DNA of 64,000 nt, from the IMG/VR virus record IMGVR_UViG_3300046171_000298, positions 3,209-67,208 of that record; one strand, 5' to 3'. Position 1 is the first letter of the stretch; every line of letters begins with the position of its first letter. Below are positions 38,545-48,530 of the stretch, one piece after another. This stretch comes from a virus. The notes below the pieces were generated by a model. It was not told where the DNA came from. It was given only the letters and a program-made list of their open reading frames with translations, and did not search any database. A program made the position numbers and the translations under genes.

Positions 38545-39027
38545 TTATCTCCAAACTTGTGATAAGTAAATCCGAGTTCCTACTGCAGTATCTGCTGGTC
38601 CAGGTATTGCCATGATAAATTCTGATCCAGCTCGTTCAAACGCATAACGTCTAGTCTCTGGTCTTCTGTAGTTTGGTACGTACAATGTTTCAGCTAGTCG
38701 ATCACCTTCCCGCAGATAGATTTCTCTAAAATACTCGTCTCCTTTTAAAGGATCTGATGTTGCAATTGTACGCTGCACATCACCAGCAATTTGCTCTAAA
38801 CGGCTGAAGTTGGGAGAACCATCGCTGTCAACTGGAAAATACTCACTGTTTTCCCATGCTCTATCACAGCGTGTAATGTGATTGACAACCTGTGTATACC
38901 AGTATTCATCTGGTATTAAAGCCATTGCTTCTTCAAGACGTCCTCTATCACCAGCAGGAATTTGAGCACCTGCATTAAATCCTAAGTGGAATCTAACTTT
39001 TGATTTGAGATGGTCGTTTAACTCCAT
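38545..39027 (-). CDS. Putative head-tail adaptor
   Basis: KVRFHLG N-terminal pattern, size and position downstream of capsid genes. Confidence 0.5.
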   Translation of the reverse strand: MELNDHLKSKVRFHLGFNAGAQIPAGDRGRLEEAMALIPDEYWYTQVVNHITRCDRAWENSEYFPVDSDGSPNFSRLEQIAGDVQRTIATSDPLKGDEYFREIYLREGDRLAETLYVPNYRRPETRRYAFERAGSEFIMAIPGPADTAVGTRIYLSQVWR

Positions 39028-39380
39028 TAGTCCATCCCTGAATTACGAATACTTTCAGCTAAAACTTTTTCATATATCATTCGGTCATAATCGCTTAAAC
39101 CTTCTACTCCACCTGGAGTTGCTGCAACTTTTGCAATCATGGGTGATGTTGGTGATTTTTGGACCCACGCCTTTCTCACACCTTCACCTAGTAGTCCTCC
39201 CATGACTGACCCAAATAGTGCATTACTTGCCATACGTCCTGGCATCATTTTTCCTTTGACAGGCAATGTGTTGATACCACCTAATAATGCACCAGCAGCG
39301 ACGCCAGCTACAGGTGCTTCTGACAACACTTGGCCCTCTTTCTGGGCCTGCGCAAGCATTATTTGTTCTTCAATTGTCAT
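39027..39380 (-). CDS. Gly-rich hydrophobic hypothetical protein
   Basis: GxxxG helices. Confidence 0.55.
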   Translation of the reverse strand: MTIEEQIMLAQAQKEGQVLSEAPVAGVAAGALLGGINTLPVKGKMMPGRMASNALFGSVMGGLLGEGVRKAWVQKSPTSPMIAKVAATPGGVEGLSDYDRMIYEKVLAESIRNSGMD

Positions 39381-39407
39381 AGTAATCTATGCTTCGCTAT
39401 TAACAGT

Positions 39408-39839
39408 TTAACTGATAAAGATAAGGTCTTCTTCAATTAACTGCTCCCAATTCACTCTAGGGATATTTTCAAGCTGCTTAAGGTTAGTAAATCTTTCACC
39501 TGACAGTGACATACGCAGCTCAACAATGCGCTTGGCAGTTGTATAGCCAACACCAGGCAAACGCTTTGCAATTTGCTCAGCCTCAGCTGCATTCAGATTT
39601 AAACGTGTGTCTTCAAGAGGTACTACACGGTCAGGCAAATTCTCCTCTTTTGTTACCGCAATCTGCGGTGCTTCTATTTTTGCAAGACGACCTTTCTTAG
39701 TATCATAAGGAACTAACTGATCTAACGTTACGTACGTGATACCGCCATTTGCCTGGCGAACCATTGCAAATTCATTATCATGCTTAGTAATAAATTCGAC
39801 TAACGCACCTGTTTTTGAATCTTGAAATAGATTTGACAT
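39408..39839 (-). CDS. Helix-hairpin-helix (ComEA-like) DNA-binding protein
   Basis: LNLNAAEAEQI..LPGVG...AKRIVELR....F..L.QL..IP. Confidence 0.8.
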   Translation of the reverse strand: MSNLFQDSKTGALVEFITKHDNEFAMVRQANGGITYVTLDQLVPYDTKKGRLAKIEAPQIAVTKEENLPDRVVPLEDTRLNLNAAEAEQIAKRLPGVGYTTAKRIVELRMSLSGERFTNLKQLENIPRVNWEQLIEEDLIFIS

Positions 39840-39873
39840 AACTTATATACTACCTTCACTTCATTATAGACAC

Positions 39874-39901
39874 AAAAAAAAGCGCCCGATAAGGACGCTT
39901 T
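39874..39901 (-). terminator. Terminator after capsid operon
   Basis: AAAGCG..CGCTTT stem plus T-run on minus strand. Confidence 0.6.
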
Positions 39902-39919
39902 AGTGTTATGCAGCAAAGA

Positions 39920-40505
39920 TCAATAACCTTGACCTGCTTCTGTTTTATAAGGGAAGATGGAACATCTTCTGTGCAAGGAGCATGTGCGTCCATGTAGAAG
40001 CACACTTCAACGAGCACAGCAGCTTGTGAGTTGCTGTCAACGACAGTTAAGTCATTGCTCAGTTCCACTTCAATGCTACGGTCGCTACCTTCAGGTGAGC
40101 GAGCTGTAGAAGGGTCGTAAGCAAAAGCTGTACCGTATTCGGAGAATTTACCGTCAGCACCAGCTGTAAGTGTTACGCCTGTAGCCACAGCTGCAGGAAA
40201 CGCAACAGTACCAGCAGCAGCTGTGCTGAGGTTCTCGCAGCTAATTGCAGTGCGATAGATGGTTGCACCTGCAGGTACAGTCATTGCACGATCTAGACGA
40301 GGCTTGTCATCTTGACGCTGATCAGGAGACAAGATTTTTGCGCCGTGAGTACCTGAAGTCAGGATACTATCAACACAAATTGCACCGACCATACGAAGAA
40401 GTTCACGCCAGGGATAGCTTGAACGCCTTGGTTACGATATGCATTCAGATGAGTGACTTGGTTACCAGGGAAGATAACGTTGTTGTTGAAATAGGAATTA
40501 GACAT
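39920..40505 (-). CDS. Putative capsid decoration/minor capsid protein (frameshifts ~40395, ~39955)
   Basis: AGGAGG RBS before ATG 40505; MSNSYFNNNVIFPGNQV...; immediately after MCP. Confidence 0.6.
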
Positions 40506-40521
40506 TGTTAGTTACCTCCTA

Positions 40522-41683
40522 TCAATATACGAAAGAGTAACCGACGGTGATGAAGTCCTGGTTGAGAACTTCAAAACCAGCAAACAACGACCAGATCATG
40601 ATGATGAAACGACTGAAGTCATCGTTATTGTTCAGCAAGATTTGAGCGTTATTACCGCCAATGCCAACACCGATAGCCTGAGGTCCAAAGAAGATCAGCT
40701 GTGATGCACCGAAAGTCAGCAGCGCTTGAAGTGCTGTCAGAATCGTTAATCACAATGTTGTACTTTGTCTCGGGCAGGTTTGTTGATTCAAACCAACGGA
40801 CACCTTCAAACAGGAAGCCAGTAGGCATCACGGGTTGACCTGCAACGAAACCAGCTTGACCATAAGCAGGTCCCATACCTTGGTAGAAACTTGCGTTAGG
40901 AGCCATGTTGGGCTGCATGGGGTTAATCATGCCTTGACCCGGATAACGTGCAATTTCTCTGAAGTCAGAGTTCTGACGCAAGTGCATCAATGCAGTGGGG
41001 TCAACAATGCAGCGGTAGTAGCCGTCAGCAAACGTAGGCACGTTGCGCTTACGCATATCTTTACAACTTCCAGCAGGTCAGTTGTTACGTCAAACTTAGC
41101 GGATTCGCCAGCATCATATTCAACACCGTCTGTACCTTTACCAGGGTCGCCACCTTTGGCTTTAGCACCTGGCAGGTAGTAACCACCTGATTCATCTGTG
41201 GCTTGACCTTTTGCTTCTGCTTTCAGCAGTTCATTAGCAAAGACACGGTCACGCCAGCGGCGGTAGTCATCCAGCAGTGTCAGTGAACCGATGGACTGGT
41301 GGAAGACGTTAAGGTTGCCTGTATCCAGCAGCAGACGCTGAGCTGTGATCAGGGTTTCACGAGCGACTTTAAAAGTTGAAGGCTGAGTTGCATCGCGAGT
41401 ATCAGCAGGGACCTGTGTACTCTTTCAGTGTCACGAGGACCTTGTCCTTCACGATGTTGCGTGCAGATGCTGTGCCCAGTGTTTGGTCAGCTGTCCGCTC
41501 ACGGGACTCCTTAGTGCCAGGCTTACCCCAGAAGCGATATCTATCTAACTGCACCGTTTGACCGGGCTGCTTGGAGAAATCATGCACCACCACTGGCTCG
41601 ACTGTCATCTCAATGATGTAGGCCGGGTGGGGGCGATAAAGTTCGGCACCAAGAAGCTTAGGAAAATCATTATCAATCCACAT
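40522..41683 (-). CDS. Major capsid protein (N4 gp56-like); several frameshifts
   Basis: DFSKQPGQTVQLDRY, VTLKEY, VPTFADGYY..IVDP, FEGVRWFES, DDFSRFIIMIW. Confidence 0.85.
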
Positions 41684-41797
41684 AGGGATTAACTCCAATA
41701 AGCTAAATGGTTATAAGTGACCTCGACTTAGTCACATATATAAATACTACTCAGATTAATGATTATAATTTTAATGTACCCCAAGTATTTGTGATAT

Positions 41798-42179
41798 ATG
41801 GATTTTATCGATAATAATTTATGGACCCCCGTTCATACACTCGATGGATTTGAATGCTGTATTGAATATTATGTCAATGATCACGGAGAAGTTAAATCCA
41901 CAAAAGGCTGTATTGAACGTTTACTTAAACAAAGCATAGGCCGTAATGGCTATCCACGAGTAAACTTGACTCAAAGAATAGGAAGAAAACAAACGATTAC
42001 CGTTAACGTACATACTCTTGTAGCTTTAGCTTTTCTGCCGTTACCTCAGACTCCTCCAGGGCGAAAAAAAGGGATGCTCATTTGTAAAACACATAGATGG
42101 TGACAAAACAAACTGTTCGGTATTAAACCTCGAATGGGCAAAAGAATTAACTAAATATCTTAGAATGTTGAAAGAATAA
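41798..42179 (+). CDS. NUMOD4/HNH homing endonuclease-like protein (frameshift ~42070)
   Basis: YYVNDHGEVKS...GYPRVNL...VHTLVALAF; next frame HIDGDKTN....NLEW. Confidence 0.75.
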
Positions 42180-42189
42180 ACAGATAGTT

Positions 42190-42609
42190 ATGACCAGTAA
42201 GGTGAGATTGGTGGGCACTAAACGTTTATCTCATCAAACAGATAAGTGTTTTGCAATTGATACTCCTAAGCGCGGTAAGGATCAACATTCCTTCCGCAGG
42301 TGGTGGAGTGACTCAAGTGTTAAGACCAAGTATGTTGATTGCACTCGATTGCGGGTAAATCGAGTCGATGGAGATGTGTATGCTGTGATACCGTCAAAAC
42401 CAGATACTAGATTAGATATTATCTTTGATGGCAACAAACGATGGCGATTTGGCCCTAACTATCGAAATGTTGATCGCATAGCAATTTATGATCTAGACAA
42501 TAATATTATTGAAGAATATGTGTTTTCTCATATCTCTAAAGGTCAAGTCATGAAAGTACTTCCTCCTGATGCTGCTAGCTACCCCTCTGCTGTATTAGCT
42601 GTTGACTAG
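42190..42609 (+). CDS. Hypothetical protein
   Basis: ORF track; TAGAAT upstream. Confidence 0.55.
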   Translation: MTSKVRLVGTKRLSHQTDKCFAIDTPKRGKDQHSFRRWWSDSSVKTKYVDCTRLRVNRVDGDVYAVIPSKPDTRLDIIFDGNKRWRFGPNYRNVDRIAIYDLDNNIIEEYVFSHISKGQVMKVLPPDAASYPSAVLAVD

Positions 42610-43269
42610 TAGCTTTTGATTAATTACATCTACAGTACTAATAAGTGTTTCTGCGATATTAACTTTGATGTTATAAGGCAAGCGCCTTGTATTTCTAGCA
42701 TGAAGTCCAATATATAAAGGTATCTTGTGGTTTTACATAGACAGTATTGGATGGCAAGGCCTGTTTGCTTGAACTATATAAAACAACATCTAACCAGTTG
42801 TCATTGTACTTATTGCCTGTTTTATTGTTGATTAACTCAACACTAAGCATAATACCTTCGTTGTTTTCTAATCTAGTATTATAGTCTGCTTTTTCATATC
42901 CATTAATAATGATTCTTCATTACTAGTAGATGTATCTACAGCTTCTTCATAGTGTTCATATTCTTGCGCTTGTCGCGTAATGTTGTAAATAAAGTAACCA
43001 TCAGCTTGTTTGTATTCTCCGCTGAACATGTGAAACAATGTGTTTCTTACATTAATATCCAATTTGATAAACTTATTTTCACTACCAAACAATCCAACAG
43101 CATCTTTATACCCTAATGTCAAAGGCATTGCTGTAATACGTTCGACAATAGGGCGATCGATTGATGGCCCTTGTGCTGCATTTAACGATTTCGTTGCTGC
43201 TGCAAAAGATGGATTTGTAAATGTACTAAATCCATTTTTATAATTATTGATCTGCTGGGTAACATCCAT
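42595..43269 (-). CDS. Hypothetical protein, probably frameshifted near 42870
   Basis: ORF 42868..43269 plus downstream coding-like sequence. Confidence 0.4.
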
Positions 43270-43297
43270 GCCAGCTACTATTACACATACTTACATT

Positions 43298-44254
43298 TTA
43301 AAGGTATTCACTCACCATATCGCTGCGATCTTTAAGAGCTTTTAGTGCTTTGATTTCTAATGTCCGAACACGATCTCTGCTCATGTTTAAAATTTGACCA
43401 ATTGCTGTCATAGACATAGGTTCCCTTACTTCATCTCCAATACCATATCTCATACGAATTACTGATGCTTGCATTTCAGGAAGTTCATTGATTAAATTTT
43501 GAATGTCTTCTTTAATAAACGCAGACGTCAGTAACTTGTCTGGTAATGAGTTCTCATCTTCAAGTAAATCAATGAGGCAGGTATCTCGATTCTCTCCTAC
43601 ACGAATCTCCAGAGACGTTGGAAGTCTCGCTTTACACATCAGATCTTTGACCTCATCAATGCTTAAGTCAAGCTCTCGTGAAAGCTGCTCAAGTGATGGC
43701 ATATCGCCATTGTATTGGGCTAAGTCACGCTGGGCTTTCTTAAGCTTGTTGAGATTCTCAGTGACGTGTATTGGCAATCGGATAGCTCTACTTTTCTCAG
43801 CAATAGCTCGTGTAATGCCCTGTCTGATCCACCAGTAAGCATATGTACTAAATTTATAACCACGACCTGGGTCAAATTTTTCTACACCACGTACTAGTCC
43901 AATAGTGCCTTCTTGAATAATATCAAGTAGCTCCATATTCCTTTTGGTGTATTTTTTGGCAACACTAACAACTAGACGCAGGTTGGCTGTAACCATCTTG
44001 TTTTTTGCTTTCTGTCCAGCACGAATTTCTCTAATCAGAGCCCTTCTGTCGTACTCAAAATGTGCAGCCAATTCTGTATCATCAATCTTACGACTGTGCT
44101 GCTCTGCTAGTTCTTTACGCTTTTCTTCTATTTCCATCAAGCGCTGAACTTGACGGCCAAGCATAATTTCTTCGTCATGCTCAAGCAATGGGATTCTACC
44201 AATGTCCCTCAAATAAGAACGAACATTGTCCCCACTAATATTAGGTTTTGGCAT
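43298..44254 (-). CDS. rpoD: RpoD/SigA-family RNA polymerase sigma factor (cyanobacterial group 2-like)
   Basis: YLRDIGRIPLL, ANLRLVVSVAKKY, GYKFSTYAYWWIRQGITRAIA, SRDRVRTLE. Confidence 0.95.
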   Translation of the reverse strand: MPKPNISGDNVRSYLRDIGRIPLLEHDEEIMLGRQVQRLMEIEEKRKELAEQHSRKIDDTELAAHFEYDRRALIREIRAGQKAKNKMVTANLRLVVSVAKKYTKRNMELLDIIQEGTIGLVRGVEKFDPGRGYKFSTYAYWWIRQGITRAIAEKSRAIRLPIHVTENLNKLKKAQRDLAQYNGDMPSLEQLSRELDLSIDEVKDLMCKARLPTSLEIRVGENRDTCLIDLLEDENSLPDKLLTSAFIKEDIQNLINELPEMQASVIRMRYGIGDEVREPMSMTAIGQILNMSRDRVRTLEIKALKALKDRSDMVSEYL

Positions 44255-44276
44255 ATCTGCTGTTTACTCTATACCC

Positions 44277-44900
44277 TTACATTGTAGAGGTAATTGTTAA
44301 TCCTGTCAAATAATCAAGCTCATGAACAGCATGTTTATGCTCATTGATTCTTACATTCTTTTTGAATTTTTTAGGTGTAATATGATTGATGTTTGGAAGC
44401 GTATCGTTGTCAAATACATCAAATGGACGGGTGACTATATTATTGTTTTCAGGAAAATAAATTTCTTCAATATTTACAATATCTTGTTTTCTAAATCTCC
44501 AGTTTTTTCTATACCTCGCATAGGACATAATAGTATCTGTATTTCCATAATGGTCTTCAGGATGACCTAAGCCCAAAGCATGCCCTAATTCATGGGCAAC
44601 AGTTGATCGGTACTCTTTGCCTCTTAAAACTTCTAACTCCCATTTATATCCCGTAGCTTCACCCCAACGTGCAACTCCTAACCATGAAGGATCATCTAAT
44701 TTCCGCTTCTTCGTTAAAATAATCTCAGCATCAGCTTCATTATCAACACGCACGAAAACTAAATCAACTTTCTTGGTTAGTTTATTGATAGCTTTTTGCA
44801 TGGGAAATGATCCATTACCTGCATACCAAGTAATCTGACCATCATCCATCATTGGAAGACAAGCAACTTCTGCCCAAGGTTCTATTAGATTTTCGTACAT
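44277..44900 (-). CDS. Matrixin-like (metzincin) zinc metalloprotease
   Basis: HELGHALGLGH and Met-turn TIMSY. Confidence 0.85.
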   Translation of the reverse strand: MYENLIEPWAEVACLPMMDDGQITWYAGNGSFPMQKAINKLTKKVDLVFVRVDNEADAEIILTKKRKLDDPSWLGVARWGEATGYKWELEVLRGKEYRSTVAHELGHALGLGHPEDHYGNTDTIMSYARYRKNWRFRKQDIVNIEEIYFPENNNIVTRPFDVFDNDTLPNINHITPKKFKKNVRINEHKHAVHELDYLTGLTITSTM

Positions 44901-44936
44901 TATTTTATAAATTAATACTTCTATATTTTGAGCTCT

Positions 44937-45227
44937 TTATGACTCATATATCCCAGCAAATCTTGTGTTTGATTTAGGTGGTTCTTCTCGTCCTTCCATT
45001 GCCTCTACTGCCATAGCTTGTGCAGCATGTTCGTTATATCCTTTCTCTTTATACATCGAGAAATACCGCTCAAATAGTTCAATTGAACTTTCAAAGTCTT
45101 CACCATGTGTAACCATCTCAGCTGCCATTTGATTAGCAGCTTGATCAGGTACACCGTCAGTTTTTAAGTGTTTCCAGATTGCCTGAAAAACCTCAGGATC
45201 ATTTGCTTCCTGTCCTGCTACTCTCAC
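44937..45227 (-). CDS. Hypothetical protein with internal duplication
   Basis: KTDGVPDQAANQMAAE / KEKGYNEHAAQAMAVE. Confidence 0.6.
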   Translation of the reverse strand: MRVAGQEANDPEVFQAIWKHLKTDGVPDQAANQMAAEMVTHGEDFESSIELFERYFSMYKEKGYNEHAAQAMAVEAMEGREEPPKSNTRFAGIYES

Positions 45228-45290
45228 GGCACTATTTACACTACTAATACAATTGTAGTGAATTTAATATTCTATTGATTTAGATTTAGC

Positions 45291-45708
45291 TTAAGCTCTT
45301 TTAGGGAATAAGCTCACGATTCCATTGTTCTCAGCACTGCCTGGAGCACCAACTGCAGCAAGATACTTACCTTGACTTGGAATCTCTTCAGGGCTTTGAT
45401 CAATAATCATTGCCTTAGTTCGGCCAAGCAGCTCAGCAGCTTTAGCTTCTGCATTTGATTGCTCTACAACAGCAACATCTTGCATTCTCTCCATCTGAGC
45501 TTGCATGCCACTATTCTGTGGTGCAACTTTTGAAGCCATATCAGATGCTTGCTGCTGCAACCGCATTGCAGCTTGAGGATTCATATCTGGATTACTGACA
45601 GGGTCATGCATCATTTGAGGACCTGGCATGACGCCCGAGTTCATACCCATGTTGTATGAACCCGGAACCTCAACCGGAGCCTGTTGAATGGGCTGCGGAA
45701 ATTTCATG
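45291..45708 (-). CDS. Gln/Met-rich hypothetical protein
   Basis: GAGG RBS before MKFPQP; the ORF-track upstream extension overlaps the scaffold gene. Confidence 0.6.
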
Positions 45709-45715
45709 TCTAACC

Positions 45716-46738
45716 TCAGAGATCTTGGACGAGCATCTTGGTCTGCAGAGCACCATTGGGGGCCTGTGCGAGGTACTGCCATGCTTGCTCAGGATTAGTA
45801 TCCATCAGCTCACTAAAGTCACCCCACCAGTTAGCTGCTGCATTGCCTTGAGCCTGATTAGGTGTGGGCATGTCCATTGTTGGACGCTGGAAGTTAGCAG
45901 GGACGCCACGCTGCTCTTGAGCTTGAATTTCAGCTTCAAACTGTTCGCGGGCTTCTAACTGTTCGCGTTCTGCAGTTTCTTCAAGTGTTTCAGTCGGGTA
46001 AGGACCTTCAGGACCGAAGAACTCATTGACGTAATCAGCCAGATAGTCAGGGTTTGTCAAGAGAATGTTCATTGCAGCACGCTCTTCACCAGCTGCATTC
46101 AGCATCTTGTGCATTGCTTGGCCGCGACGCACCTGCTCAATCAGTGCATCTTCAACTGCGCAAGCATAGGTATTCAGCATGGCAGGAGCTTCAGCACCAA
46201 AGTGCTCAAGAACTTCAAGGCTTTCATCTGAAATCTGGCTCAGATAGCCATCACGTACGGCGACGTCTTGCTCTTGGGTCTGGAGGGGTTGGGCGATTTG
46301 GGCCTGCTGTTGGTCCAGAAGTTGCTGCACCTGCTGGGCCGTATAAGCCGGGGTTGAAACTTGGGCTGAGTAAATCGGCTGCGCCTGGGGCAGTGTTGCC
46401 TGGGGTGAAACCCAAGCTGCCTGGGAAGGTGCCTGTGGTGTTGGGGTCTGATATGCCGAGTACTGTGCCGGGGCCTGGTATTGGTTGCTCTGATTCACGC
46501 TTGCGCTGAGCGCCTGGAACGCTGTTTGCCATGGATCCGCTACCGGAGCCGAAGCCGGCTGGGCCGCTGTTGGCTGATAAGTTGGAACCTGGGGCGTAGC
46601 TGGTGCCTGGGCCGTTGATGCCTGGAATGTTGACGGTGCGCTGATCGCGGGGGTCGATGCCAAGTTCGGAGCGACGCTTGTCGGATTCGCTGAGCTTGTC
46701 GGGATAGCTGTTGCTGTCTGTTGGTTTGTACCTTCCAC
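45716..46738 (-). CDS. Putative capsid scaffolding protein
   Basis: AAGGAG RBS + GTG; disordered N-terminus, acidic helical C-terminus; between portal and capsid genes. Confidence 0.6.
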   Translation of the reverse strand: MEGTNQQTATAIPTSSANPTSVAPNLASTPAISAPSTFQASTAQAPATPQVPTYQPTAAQPASAPVADPWQTAFQALSASVNQSNQYQAPAQYSAYQTPTPQAPSQAAWVSPQATLPQAQPIYSAQVSTPAYTAQQVQQLLDQQQAQIAQPLQTQEQDVAVRDGYLSQISDESLEVLEHFGAEAPAMLNTYACAVEDALIEQVRRGQAMHKMLNAAGEERAAMNILLTNPDYLADYVNEFFGPEGPYPTETLEETAEREQLEAREQFEAEIQAQEQRGVPANFQRPTMDMPTPNQAQGNAAANWWGDFSELMDTNPEQAWQYLAQAPNGALQTKMLVQDL

Positions 46739-48500
46739 TGTAACTTAACTCCTTACGTAAAAATTCGAGTGATCGATATAAGAATCCGGTAATATCTAGA
46801 TTCGGATCGGATGCAAGTGGTAAATTTGGAACTTGCGGGTGTGGTAATTGATATAGACTTCCGAGAAGTCCAATAAATGAATTAAAAGACTTTTGGGTTT
46901 CGTTGACCATTCTGAATGGGAAGCCGCTTAGCATCCCTGCCCTTTCATCATCTGTTTTGCTTGGGAATAGATATTTAAGAGCTTCAATAGAATCAACACC
47001 AAGTTCTTGTAGATTTCGAACAACAATACTGTTATTCAAGATATCTTGTGAATCGTCTTCAAAGACATCTCCCATCCATCGCCAAGCAACTTTGATGCTC
47101 CCATCAGGAATAAGACCAACGGTGCCTGGAGGTAATTCTCCTGACTCCATCCTAGCACGAAACTCGTTATCCCTTTTGTCTAAAAATTCTGCTTTAGCAA
47201 CTGTATATTCATTAGCTGCACGAATATACTCTTCTTCATTTTGAAACTCCTCTTGCAATGGTATTTGTGGCTTTTCAAGCCCGATTGCTTTAGCAAAGGA
47301 ATCTTCAAACAATGTCTCTTCATGTGCAATCATTTTTGAAAGCAACCTGCACAGGCCAAAGGTAAATAAGGCCCTAGCTTTCTTTTCAGCTGTTGCAGCT
47401 ACTCTGCCATACAATGTTTTGATTTCATATGCAGTTGAAGCTAGATTAAAATCAATATCATCTACACCGCCGAGTGCAAGGCGAATTTCAGATCTATACT
47501 GTTTGACGTACATGTTCTGATCACCTGAAACACTATCAGGTGTCATATAAGAAACACGGTCGGTTGGCTCCAAATTAGCAATGACTCTGGGAACTTTAAT
47601 TTGACCATCTAATGGTGATACTCCACCAAAAGGTGCACCCATTCGACTGTTGCCTCTATCAGGAGTAAAGAAACCAGCCTGTGAACTGATAGTTGGACGG
47701 AATGGTTGTTCTTCCCCACTCTCTAAAATGTCATGCTTTGGTCTACTAGATACAAGCGTTGGGTTACCAAAGAACTTCATGTTCTTTCGAATGTTACGTA
47801 CCAAGTCATCGTGATACATAATTTGATTGCTAATCCAGTCAAACTCACCTCGACCAGTAGCTTGTCCTGTGCAATCCAAATGATTAAACACTTCAACAGC
47901 TGGAATGAATCCAAGGCTATTCGTCAATACTTCTGTATTGCCCGGCTGTGACAAATTGGGCAAACCTGTATTAATATCATCAAATTCAATCTTTTCATTG
48001 GAAATATATTGTTCAATTTTGTCTTTGAATACCTTTAAACGAATATATTTCTTACGACCACCTCTTGCGTCTGGAACACTCATTGTGTCCATAATATTAG
48101 GCTCTCGTACACTGAAGCTGTAGATAAGCACAACGCTTTTTATTTCCCCTTCTTGGTCTCTAAAGCATCTGTAACTATCTTTGGGGAAATATAGTATTTG
48201 ATAGGACTCTCCAGATGGACGGAAATAAAATAGGCCTTGACCATCACACAAGAAATAATCAACGACACTATCCAATTTCATTTCAAGCATATTATCTTCA
48301 TAGATCTTATGCAAAAAATCTCTACGCTTTCCGTATGAATCCTGCTCACAGTAGAACTCAATACCTCTTCTCAAAATAAATGTTCGCATCTGCGATAGAT
48401 GCGAAGCAACAATCATGGTATCTACTGAAAGGTCACCACGACGTTCTTTTGCAGCATTCAGTATTTCAGTGAATTGTGTATTATTTGTTGGATTTGCCAT
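46251..48500 (-). CDS. Portal protein
   Basis: Downstream of terminase; NSLGFIPAVEVFN, FFGNPTLV portal-like segments; long disordered C-terminus. Confidence 0.75.
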   Translation of the reverse strand: MANPTNNTQFTEILNAAKERRGDLSVDTMIVASHLSQMRTFILRRGIEFYCEQDSYGKRRDFLHKIYEDNMLEMKLDSVVDYFLCDGQGLFYFRPSGESYQILYFPKDSYRCFRDQEGEIKSVVLIYSFSVREPNIMDTMSVPDARGGRKKYIRLKVFKDKIEQYISNEKIEFDDINTGLPNLSQPGNTEVLTNSLGFIPAVEVFNHLDCTGQATGRGEFDWISNQIMYHDDLVRNIRKNMKFFGNPTLVSSRPKHDILESGEEQPFRPTISSQAGFFTPDRGNSRMGAPFGGVSPLDGQIKVPRVIANLEPTDRVSYMTPDSVSGDQNMYVKQYRSEIRLALGGVDDIDFNLASTAYEIKTLYGRVAATAEKKARALFTFGLCRLLSKMIAHEETLFEDSFAKAIGLEKPQIPLQEEFQNEEEYIRAANEYTVAKAEFLDKRDNEFRARMESGELPPGTVGLIPDGSIKVAWRWMGDVFEDDSQDILNNSIVVRNLQELGVDSIEALKYLFPSKTDDERAGMLSGFPFRMVNETQKSFNSFIGLLGSLYQLPHPQVPNLPLASDPNLDITGFLYRSLEFLRKELSYSGRYKPTDSNSYPDKLSESDKRRSELGIDPRDQRTVNIPGINGPGTSYAPGSNLSANSGPAGFGSGSGSMANSVPGAQRKRESEQPIPGPGTVLGISDPNTTGTFPGSLGFTPGNTAPGAADLLSPSFNPGLYGPAGAATSGPTAGPNRPTPPDPRARRRRT

Positions 48501-48530
48501 ATCTACTACTCTTTACCTAAGTATAGGAAA

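Noticed and set aside
43298-44254. Host chromosome segment (rpoD)
   Set aside because: Embedded among phage head genes with no other housekeeping genes; phage-encoded sigma factor
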